This document shows positions 1 through 7,619 of a stretch of 8,691 nt of DNA, piece after piece. The stretch's first letter is position 1. Each line of letters starts with the position of its first letter. Both the position numbers and the translations under genes were made by a program. The notes below the pieces were generated by a model. That model searched no databases. It saw only the letters and a list, made by a program, of their open reading frames with translations, and was not told the origin of the DNA. The stretch comes from Candidatus Helarchaeota ASGARD archaeon Hel_GB_B (lineage in GTDB: Archaea > Asgardarchaeota > Lokiarchaeia > Helarchaeales > HEL-GB-B): contig SUPR01000122.1 in the NCBI GenBank assembly GCA_005191425.1, positions 1 through 8,691 on the forward strand, written 5' to 3'.

Positions 1-899
1 GATTTGTCCATTTCAATTAATTCAATCTTAGGAATCGCTTTTAACAATTCTCTTGGTAGATCATATATTCCTAAATGTCTACCTAAATGGCATGGATCGT
101 GATATGTAATTTTATGATTAAATTCCTTCATTTTGAGTCCTGATATATTTGATTTTAATATCTCAATAATATGATAAACTTCGAATTTATAATCTTCAAG
201 ATATTTTGGATATTCTGTTTTTAAAGTTCTATAGCATGCACTACAAGGAGTTATTATCTTCCTAATACCCATTGATTTCCATTCTGTAACATTATGGTTC
301 ATTGTTTCTTTAAATGTTTCTAAAAATCCCGTTCGTTTAGCTGGAGAACCACAACACCATTCATCATTCATTACTTGGTATTTTATTTTTAACTTGTTTA
401 ATAATGAAATTGTAGATTTTGCAATCTCAATTTCTCTATATGAAGACATACAACCTATAAACAATAGAGTATCAGAATTATTATGAATTGATAAATCCTC
501 TTTTATAAATTCAAATCTTAAAGAATGATCCTCATCTAATGGGTTATGATTTTTTAAAATTCTATTGCTAATTTTAGAATATTTTGAGATATTCTCTTTT
601 ATTTCAACAAATTTAGTTCTTGCAATTTCCATTAATTCAGCCATATCAACTTTAGGAAGACAGAATGAATTACAGGCATTACACGTCAAACATGAAAAAA
701 TTATGTCAAGAAATGATTCATCTAATGGTTTGATATTTTTTTCTTTTAAATTAACAACTAAAGCACGAATATATGGAGTAAAACTTTCAGATGAGGTAGC
801 AATTCCAGTTGGACACACATGCCTACACATCTTCATACATGTTTGACAGACTTCGAACCTTAATCTAATTTTCTTAGAGAATAAATATTTTTTTGCCAC
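1..899 (-). CDS. (Fe-S)-binding oxidoreductase subunit, GlpC/GlcF/HdrD-like (N-terminal ferredoxin-type Cys motifs plus CCG domains); 3' end runs off the window
   Basis: Manual translation from GTG at 899 is open to the window edge (299 codons): MAKKYLFSKKIRLRFEVCQTCMKMCRHVCP...FSCLTCNACNSFCLP...LFIGCMSSY...EWCCGSP...ITPCSACYRT...ITYHDPCHLGRHLGIYDLPRELLK. It contains two 4Fe-4S motifs, a complete CCG domain (GC...CCG...PCxxC) and the start of a second (YHDPCHLGR). An AGGTG RBS (907-911) overlaps the upstream stop codon. Confidence 0.93.
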   Translation of the reverse strand, partial: MAKKYLFSKKIRLRFEVCQTCMKMCRHVCPTGIATSSESFTPYIRALVVNLKEKNIKPLDESFLDIIFSCLTCNACNSFCLPKVDMAELMEIARTKFVEIKENISKYSKISNRILKNHNPLDEDHSLRFEFIKEDLSIHNNSDTLLFIGCMSSYREIEIAKSTISLLNKLKIKYQVMNDEWCCGSPAKRTGFLETFKETMNHNVTEWKSMGIRKIITPCSACYRTLKTEYPKYLEDYKFEVYHIIEILKSNISGLKMKEFNHKITYHDPCHLGRHLGIYDLPRELLKAIPKIELIEMDK

Positions 900-906
900 T
901 TTAAAA

Positions 907-911
907 CACCT
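907..911 (-). promoter_or_regulatory. Shine-Dalgarno-like AGGTG for the Fe-S gene, overlapping the TAA of the upstream flavoprotein gene
   Basis: The minus strand reads TAAGGTGTTTTAAAGTG, with AGGTG 7 nt before the GTG start at 899. This indicates operon coupling. Confidence 0.65.
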
Positions 912-2350
912 TATAAACCTAATTTACCAGGATTCATAATATTATTGGGGTCTATTAATTTCTTAATTTTTTTAAGAAGGTTATATGTTCCGGTACCTAA
1001 CTCTTGTTCCATAAATTTTCCTCTAAATATTCCTATACCATGATGATGACTAATGGAGCCACCATTTTCAATACAGGCTTTTAATCCATTAAGCCAAGCT
1101 TTTTCATATAATCTAGAGGCTCTTTTGTCCTCTTCTGTATCTTTTTCTAACATTACAAAAATTAAATACATACTCCCACCTTCAAGGTAAAAATGAGACC
1201 AATGGGCCATACAATTGATTCTTTTTTCTTCTATAGCTTCTTTCATTTTATAGAATAAATTTTCTAAATTATCGAATGTAGTAACTACATCAATGGTATC
1301 AGCTAATAAATTCATTTTTATATAATCAGGACTTGGAAAATACATATTTAATCTATTTTCAAACCATATTTTTCCTCCTTCGTCACCCATATCTTTAGCT
1401 TTTTCATTTAAACATATTTTTCTGCATATATCTTTCTGTATTTTTACTAAATCTCTTGTTTCTTCATAACCATCAAATGACAATGTAAGATAACTTTGAC
1501 CTTTTTCGATATCTTCAATATGATATACCATTCTTGCCTCAACATCTTCATATAATCGAATAATTGATGGTCTTATACCTAATTCAAGTATTTTTTTGAC
1601 TGCTCTAAATCCAGAAGCTAAATCTGGAAATAAAAATCCTAGAAATTCTCTAAAATCAGGTTTTCTTTTGATACTTAAACATACTTCAGTTATTACTCCA
1701 AATGTGCCTTCCGTACCTATAAAAAACTGATTAAAATCCGGGCCGGTAGCTTTTCGAGGAACTCTTGTACGATTTGTATGTATTATTTCGCCATTTGGTA
1801 ATACTACTTCTAAATCAAGTACCATATCTTCAATTTTACCATATAAAGAAGATAAAGCGCCAGCCGATCTATTTGCTACAAAACCACCTATTGTACTTGT
1901 GGTTAATGAACTTGGTAAATGTCCCAATGTATATCCATGTTTATTTAAATAATCTTCTAATTCTTGACCAATTACGCCTGCTTGACATATAACATAATTT
2001 GATTCTTTATTAATTTCAATCTTTTTTAATTTTTTTAAGTCTAAAATAATTCCACCAGTTAATGCTACAATACCACCATTAACGCCTGCACCACCACCAT
2101 AGGGAATTACAGGAATTTTATATTTATTGGCTAATTTTAGAATTTCAGAAACTTGTTCTACATTTTCAACCCATACTATATAATCTGGAAATGGTCCATC
2201 TAAGATAGATGGTAGTCTATATTGCATAATTTTAAGAGGAAATGCATCTCTACCATAAGCAATTTTATCTATCTCTTTTATAGATACATTTTTTTCGCCA
2301 ACTATTGAAATTAATTGCTTATAGATATTAGGATCTGTCATAAATTTCAC
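911..2350 (-). CDS. FAD-binding oxidoreductase, VAO/FAD_binding_4 family, alkyldihydroxyacetonephosphate synthase (AGPS)/YgcU-like
   Basis: 479 aa ORF (GTG at 2350, alternative ATG at 2341). FAD-binding motifs: IPYGGGAGVNGG, GHLPSSLTTSTIGGFVANRSAG..YGKIEDMV, PRKATGPD...GTEGTFGVITE. The C-terminal HWSHFY and GGSISHHHGIG (HHHGIG at 1031-1048) are typical of the AGPS-like branch; GlcD-type enzymes usually have an xEHGxG motif here. Confidence 0.88.
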   Translation of the reverse strand: MKFMTDPNIYKQLISIVGEKNVSIKEIDKIAYGRDAFPLKIMQYRLPSILDGPFPDYIVWVENVEQVSEILKLANKYKIPVIPYGGGAGVNGGIVALTGGIILDLKKLKKIEINKESNYVICQAGVIGQELEDYLNKHGYTLGHLPSSLTTSTIGGFVANRSAGALSSLYGKIEDMVLDLEVVLPNGEIIHTNRTRVPRKATGPDFNQFFIGTEGTFGVITEVCLSIKRKPDFREFLGFLFPDLASGFRAVKKILELGIRPSIIRLYEDVEARMVYHIEDIEKGQSYLTLSFDGYEETRDLVKIQKDICRKICLNEKAKDMGDEGGKIWFENRLNMYFPSPDYIKMNLLADTIDVVTTFDNLENLFYKMKEAIEEKRINCMAHWSHFYLEGGSMYLIFVMLEKDTEEDKRASRLYEKAWLNGLKACIENGGSISHHHGIGIFRGKFMEQELGTGTYNLLKKIKKLIDPNNIMNPGKLGL

Positions 2351-2478
2351 TTTTTATTATTTTTATGAATCAAATTTTTGTATTTTATAATTGTAAAGCA
2401 AAAAGAAATTAAATTGATTATTAATAATTTTTAAGAATATTTTTATTTTAATTCTTCTTAATTTTCTTTAAAAATAAA
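2351..2478. promoter_or_regulatory. Divergent promoter region between the flavoprotein operon and the glycosyltransferase
   Basis: 128-nt AT-rich gap between divergent starts, with TATA-like TTTTATAA near 2383-2390. Exact elements cannot be assigned against this AT background. Confidence 0.4.
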
Positions 2479-3603
2479 ATGGTATCTATTATGAAAATTT
2501 GTTTAATAGCTACTAAATTTTATCCAGATCATGTAGGAGGAAAAGCAGTTTATACTTATAACTATTATAGAGAATTAAGGAAAAGAGGGTATAATATTAA
2601 AGTTTTGACAGGATTATGGAATAAAAAGATTAAAGATCCAAATATAATACAATTTAAAATTATTAGAAAAAGATATTTATGGATAATTACATTTTTATTA
2701 TTTACAATAAAACATCTAATTTTTAATAAATATGAGATTGTTCATGCGGTTGGAGTTCGTGAAGGGATAATTCCATTAATATTATTTAGAAGATTTATAG
2801 CTACAGTTCATGATCCGGGTTCATTTCAAGTTAATGTGAATATTGTTCAAAAATTTTATCCCTTAATAATTTCAAAAGCTTCAATAGTAATTACACCATC
2901 TAATACAACAAAAAAGCAATTAAAGTATTACTTACCAAAATTAAATTCTAAAAAAATTATTCCCATTTTAAATGGAGTAGATTTAGATAAATACAATCCA
3001 AGGAATAGAGATAAAGCTGAGAAATTAAAAAGGGATTTAAATTTAAAAGGTAAAGTGATTCTGTATTTAGGAATAATAAAGACATATAAAGGTGTAGAGG
3101 ATATTATAGAAGCTTTTAAACTTGTTAAAAAAGAAATAAAAGATGTTAATTTGATTATAGCTGGTGCACCTGATGATAGAATGAAGGACAGATATAAAAA
3201 AATGAAGAATAATAATCCAGATATATTATTTACAGGTCGTGTATCAGATAAATTAATACCTTTATATTATGCTATGGCAGATATTTTTGTTACTTATTCA
3301 TATACCGGTGAAGGATTCGGATTAACTGCAGTAGAAGCCATGGCAAGTGGAACACCAGTAATATGCTCAAAAATTGATGCATATAAAGAAGTTTTAAAAG
3401 ATAAAGCGATTTTAGTTCCCCCAAAAAATTTCAAATTATTATCAAGGGCAATTATTGAATTATTGAAAGATGATGATAAAAGAAATAAAATAGCCGAAGA
3501 AGGACGAAAATTTATTGAACAAAATTATAGTTGGGATAATACTATTAAAAATTTAATCAAAGTTTATAGAATAATGAATAAAAAATTATACAAAAATAAA
3601 TAG
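2479..3603 (+). CDS. Glycosyltransferase family 4 (GT-B fold, RfaG/MshA-like)
   Basis: 374 aa. N-terminal FYPDHVGGKAVY, HAVG, TVHD, ITPSNTTK, ILNGVD, LYLGIIKTYKGVEDII and the EX7E motif EGFGLTAVEAMASGTPVI. A downstream ATG at 2491 (MKICLI) is a possible true start. Confidence 0.93.
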   Translation: MVSIMKICLIATKFYPDHVGGKAVYTYNYYRELRKRGYNIKVLTGLWNKKIKDPNIIQFKIIRKRYLWIITFLLFTIKHLIFNKYEIVHAVGVREGIIPLILFRRFIATVHDPGSFQVNVNIVQKFYPLIISKASIVITPSNTTKKQLKYYLPKLNSKKIIPILNGVDLDKYNPRNRDKAEKLKRDLNLKGKVILYLGIIKTYKGVEDIIEAFKLVKKEIKDVNLIIAGAPDDRMKDRYKKMKNNNPDILFTGRVSDKLIPLYYAMADIFVTYSYTGEGFGLTAVEAMASGTPVICSKIDAYKEVLKDKAILVPPKNFKLLSRAIIELLKDDDKRNKIAEEGRKFIEQNYSWDNTIKNLIKVYRIMNKKLYKNK

Positions 3604-3607
3604 ATTT

Positions 3608-5014
3608 TTATTTAGATTTAATGATATATTTAACTTTACTAAGATAATGTCGCCAATTTTTCCAATTTAATTTTCCACTCAGTAAACCGTAAATACCTTG
3701 TAATATCATACCCTTCCTTCTAATATTAATCATTTTTTTCTCTGGAATTCCAGGAAGGATTACACTAACTGAATATGGATCAAAATCTTTGATATTAGGC
3801 TTAATAATACCGTATTTCTTAGCAATTGTATATAAATCAGAACCAGGAAAAGGCGTAGAGTAAACCCATGAGATATTATTAACCAATCCTTTTATTAATA
3901 AACTACGTGCAAAAGCTAAAGTTCGCTCTACTTCTTTAGGTGTTTCAAATTGAAGTTTATTATTCTCTTCCCATATATTAAACATTTGAAAAAATCCATA
4001 AACTTTAATTTTATATTTTTTTAATAATTTACAAGTATCAAGAATTGTTTTAATTGTAATATGTTTTCTTATCCCTTTTAAAGTTCTGGGATTTCCACTT
4101 TCCATTCCAATATGTACCATCCACATATTAATATCCTGCATAGCTTTGGCTAAATCTTCAGTTACATTATTTGCTCTTAAATTACATTGAAAATATAAAT
4201 CCTTTAAATCTAATTTTTTAATTTCTTCGCAAATATTTATTGCCCATTTAGTATTAACATTAAACTCTGATGAACGAATATATATTTCACGTATACCTCT
4301 ATTATAAAGATATAGAACCTCTTCTGCAATTTTTTTAGGATCTCTTAATCTAACCCAAGGTTTGCTTGCTTTCCAGACCGGATCTGAACAAAAAGTACAA
4401 TGATAAGGACAACCTCTACTAACTATCATATATGTATTGGGTGATTTTTTCTTTATGGTAAAACCATAATAATTTTTAAAATCAATTATATCCCAAGCAA
4501 GCATTGGTATTGTATTTATATCCTTTATTGGTTTTCTTGGGTTTGTTTTAATTAATTCACCATTATTTTTGAAAGCAAGCCCATTTATTTGATTTAAATC
4601 TTCAATATCACCCATAAAATATTTTATAAGTTCTAAAGTAGTTTGTTCACCCTCGCCTATTACGCAAATATCTGCTTTTGAACGGATCAAAACTTCATCA
4701 GGATCTGCTGATGGATGTGCACCACCACAGATTATAGGTAAATTAGGAAATTTTTTTCTTAAATAGTTTATAAAATTATAAGCTCTTTCTCTTACAAGTG
4801 AACTAAATGATAAACCATACAGATCTGGATTAATCTCTCTAATTTTATCAATATGTTGTTTTACTGTTAAAAATGGTTCGATATAATATAATTCAATATC
4901 TTTTAATTTTTCACGAATATATGCTATTAAGTATAATATTCCGAGATTTGGACTCTGGATAGCTTGAGTTTCTTTTATTTCAGTACTTGGAATATCTGCA
5001 AAAATTACCTTCAT
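3608..5014 (-). CDS. Cobalamin (B12)-binding radical SAM protein (class B-like); substrate unknown
   Basis: 468 aa. N-terminal B12-binding-type region (PNLGILYLIAYIRE...PDLYGLS...ICGGAHPS...DICVIGEGE), SRGCPYHCTFC with CxxxCxxC at 4388-4411, IGMESGN, YSTPFPGSDLY. Confidence 0.92.
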   Translation of the reverse strand: MKVIFADIPSTEIKETQAIQSPNLGILYLIAYIREKLKDIELYYIEPFLTVKQHIDKIREINPDLYGLSFSSLVRERAYNFINYLRKKFPNLPIICGGAHPSADPDEVLIRSKADICVIGEGEQTTLELIKYFMGDIEDLNQINGLAFKNNGELIKTNPRKPIKDINTIPMLAWDIIDFKNYYGFTIKKKSPNTYMIVSRGCPYHCTFCSDPVWKASKPWVRLRDPKKIAEEVLYLYNRGIREIYIRSSEFNVNTKWAINICEEIKKLDLKDLYFQCNLRANNVTEDLAKAMQDINMWMVHIGMESGNPRTLKGIRKHITIKTILDTCKLLKKYKIKVYGFFQMFNIWEENNKLQFETPKEVERTLAFARSLLIKGLVNNISWVYSTPFPGSDLYTIAKKYGIIKPNIKDFDPYSVSVILPGIPEKKMINIRRKGMILQGIYGLLSGKLNWKNWRHYLSKVKYIIKSK

Positions 5015-5321
5015 TTTTTAAACATCTTATTATCAATGATATGTATATCCACTATTTTATAATAATTATCTTCAATATATATATCATAACAGTTTATTAA
5101 ATTATTAATTACAAAATTTACTATTTGATATTATTTGAAAATTAATTTTTCTTTACCAAATTATTTTATTTTAAACATATAATCAAAACTAATTTAAAAA
5201 TATTAAATTCGAATAATAATTTTGTATTAAATTATCGACATAAATTTTAATTTTAGAAAAAAGAATTATAGTTATATATTATCGTACTTGTATGATTTTC
5301 TAAATTATTTAGTAATTTTAG

Positions 5322-6794
5322 ATGATTTTTATGAGTGAATTAATATTAGTTTTTGATATAGGAACTACAGGAGCAAGAACTATTATTTTTAATAATGAAG
5401 GGAAAATATTGGTTAAAGAATATAAAGAATATCCTTATATTAGACAACCACCAGGTATTTCAGAACAGAATCCGATGCTTTGGTGGAATACAATAAAAGA
5501 AACATGTAATAAAGTTGTAAAAAATAAAAATATAAATATTAATAATGTGATTGGAATATGTGCAACATTTCATAGAGCTACTACAACAATTATTGATAAA
5601 GATGGTAATATTTTACATCCTGCACTTACATGGATGGATGAAAGAGAAGTTTCAGATTTAAAAGAATTTCAGAAAGAAGGTGGATTAAGAAGAGCAATAC
5701 CAAAATTATTATGGTTAAAAAATAATAAGCCAGATTTATTTAAAAAAGCTTGGAAAATTATTCAACCAGATTCCTTTATTTATTATAAATTATGTGGAAA
5801 AATTATTACAGACCCATCTAATGGTATTTATGGAATTTTAGATATGAATACATTAAAATGGGATGAAAAATTAGCTGAAGCCTTTGAAATTCCCATTGAT
5901 TTATGGCCAGAAATTGATAAATCAGGTACAATTATTGGAGAACTTACTGATGAAGCTAAAAAGGAATTAGGTCTAAATAAAAAATTACCAATAGTTTTAG
6001 GTGGAGGAGATCAACAATGTTCTGCTTTAGGATTAGGAGTAATAAACACTAATCAAGTAAAAATTACCACTGGTACTGGTACTTTTGTTGATTTTGTTGT
6101 AGATAAGCCCAAAGAAGTAGCTGGGGATTTTCCTTTATTTTCATTACCACATGTAGTTGAAGATAAATGGGTACTTGAAGGAGCAATCCCAGGTACTGGA
6201 GCTGCCTTAAAATGGTTTAAAGATAATTTTTCACAATTACAAATAATAGAAAGTGAAAAAAAGAATATTGATGTATATGAAATATTATCATCTGAAGCAG
6301 AATCAATTCCTATTGGAAGTGAAGGTCTTCTATTTATTCCATTATATATTTTTAGAAAAGGTACTATCCATGGATTGAGTTTTAATCATACACGAGCCCA
6401 TTTTGTTCGTGCTATAATGGAATCTGCAGCTTTAAGTGCCCAAATGTATCTTTCATTAATTGAAGGAATTGCAGGATATAAATCAACAGAAGTTAGGGTT
6501 GATGGAGGGGCAATAAATAGTCCTCTCTGGTGTCAAATATTTGCAGACGTATTAAAGAAAAAAATATTAATACCAGAAGTTAAAGATGGTGCAGCTTTAG
6601 GCGCAAGTATACTTGGATTTTATGGATGTAAATATTATAATTCAATAAATGATGCAGTTAACAATATGGTTCATTTCATAGAAACAAAAGAACCAATAAA
6701 AGAAAATAATAAAATATATAAAAAATTAATAAGAGTATTTATGCCAACTCTATTAGAAATACTAAATAAAAAGAGAGTAACAGGAAATTTATAA
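5322..6794 (+). CDS. FGGY-family carbohydrate/polyol kinase, divergent
   Basis: 490 aa (alternative start ATG at 5331). FDIGTTG phosphate-1 motif, EQNP, TWMDER, PKLLWLK, GGGDQQCSALGLG, TTGTGTFV, VDGGAINSPLWCQIFADVL, GAALGASILG. Confidence 0.92.
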   Translation: MIFMSELILVFDIGTTGARTIIFNNEGKILVKEYKEYPYIRQPPGISEQNPMLWWNTIKETCNKVVKNKNININNVIGICATFHRATTTIIDKDGNILHPALTWMDEREVSDLKEFQKEGGLRRAIPKLLWLKNNKPDLFKKAWKIIQPDSFIYYKLCGKIITDPSNGIYGILDMNTLKWDEKLAEAFEIPIDLWPEIDKSGTIIGELTDEAKKELGLNKKLPIVLGGGDQQCSALGLGVINTNQVKITTGTGTFVDFVVDKPKEVAGDFPLFSLPHVVEDKWVLEGAIPGTGAALKWFKDNFSQLQIIESEKKNIDVYEILSSEAESIPIGSEGLLFIPLYIFRKGTIHGLSFNHTRAHFVRAIMESAALSAQMYLSLIEGIAGYKSTEVRVDGGAINSPLWCQIFADVLKKKILIPEVKDGAALGASILGFYGCKYYNSINDAVNNMVHFIETKEPIKENNKIYKKLIRVFMPTLLEILNKKRVTGNL

Positions 6795-6834
6795 TATTTT
6801 TAATTTAAATTTAATTTTTTATATTATATTTTTA

Positions 6835-7157
6835 GTGAAAATTATAAAGAGAGATAGATTATACGAAGTTCTTAAAATTATAGATGACCCTATAGAAAAA
6901 GAAGAATTTATCAAAAATTATAGAAAAAAATTGACGATATTTCTAGAATGCTAAATTTTAATCATGATTAAATAAAATGAGATATTTAATTTATAAATTA
7001 CTTCTTGAAAATGAATTATGTACTTGTGTTTTATCTGAAATTTTAGGTTTATCAGAAAGTACACTATAACACATCATTTAAAAATATTTGAAAAAGCAAG
7101 ATTAATTATAGGAGTAAAAAAGGATATTTTACAATTTATTCTTCCAAAAAGTTATAA
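6835..7157 (+). pseudogene. ArsR/SmtB-family winged-HTH regulator, disrupted by several frameshifts
   Basis: Fragments in different frames join into a coherent ArsR: MKIIKRDRLYEVLKIIDDPIEKEEFIKNYRKK (from GTG 6835) / IDDISRMLNF / NKMRYLIYKLLLENELCTCVLSEILGLSES (ATG 6977, stop 7067-7069) / TITHHLKIFEKARLIIGVK (from 7063) / GYFTIYSSKKL* (7122-7157). ELCTC matches the ELCVC alpha3 motif, and SESTITHHLK matches the SQSxxSxHL recognition helix. Confidence 0.8.
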
Positions 7158-7196
7158 TATGATATTTTAAAAGAATAAATTAAAGAAATTAAATAA

Positions 7197-7619
7197 TTAA
7201 AAACATTTAGATAATATTTTTTGATAAATTAATATTTTACGATTTGTTCTTTTATTAAAAAAACAATTAACTTTTTTATAACCACATTTTTCAAAACTTT
7301 TAATACTTGCAATATCATTTTTTCTAATTGTAGATTGTAAAACACGAATATTTTTTTCTATAGCTTTTTTTTCAGCTATCAATAATAATTTCGTAGCATA
7401 ACCTTGTTTTCTATATGATTCATTTATTGTTAAATGTTTAATACCACCTAAATACCAATCAAATTTAATTAATTTAACAGCACCTATTAGAATTCCATTA
7501 TCTTCTAAATAAATATAACTATCTTTCTCTTTTAAAATATCTTTTTCTGTAAAAAATTTATCTAATTTATTATATTTATTTAAAAAATTTGAAATCTGAC
7601 GAGCAATATTTACATCCAT
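7197..7619 (-). CDS. GNAT-family N-acetyltransferase
   Basis: 140 aa. LIGAVKL, acetyl-CoA motif A (LTINESYRKQGYATKLL), motif B (NDIASIKSFEKCGY). An AAGAGG RBS lies at about 7630-7635 on the minus strand. Confidence 0.9.
   Translation of the reverse strand: MDVNIARQISNFLNKYNKLDKFFTEKDILKEKDSYIYLEDNGILIGAVKLIKFDWYLGGIKHLTINESYRKQGYATKLLLIAEKKAIEKNIRVLQSTIRKNDIASIKSFEKCGYKKVNCFFNKRTNRKILIYQKILSKCF

Noticed and set aside
565-846. 93-aa plus-strand ORF from the track
   Set aside because: Antisense shadow of the Fe-S/CCG gene, which has clear motifs on the minus strand; no recognisable features.
1-899. Possible selenocysteine or stop-codon recoding as the reason the Fe-S gene is absent from the ORF track
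   Set aside because: Manual translation shows no internal stop; the gene is missing only because it runs off the window edge.
1765-1992. 75-aa plus-strand ORF
   Set aside because: Lies wholly antisense within the FAD-binding domain of the oxidoreductase; no motif or RBS.
2351-2478. Short imperfect direct repeats (AATTCTTCTTA / ATTTTCTTTA)
   Set aside because: Low-complexity A/T sequence expected by chance; no periodic array, so not CRISPR or a tandem repeat.
6795-6834. AATTTAAATT palindrome and T-tracts after the kinase as a defined terminator or operator
   Set aside because: Compatible with an archaeal oligo-T terminator but indistinguishable from the AT background.
6835-7157. Programmed frameshifting or recoding to express the ArsR
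   Set aside because: It would need about four independent frame changes, not all at slippery sites; decay or sequence error is more parsimonious.
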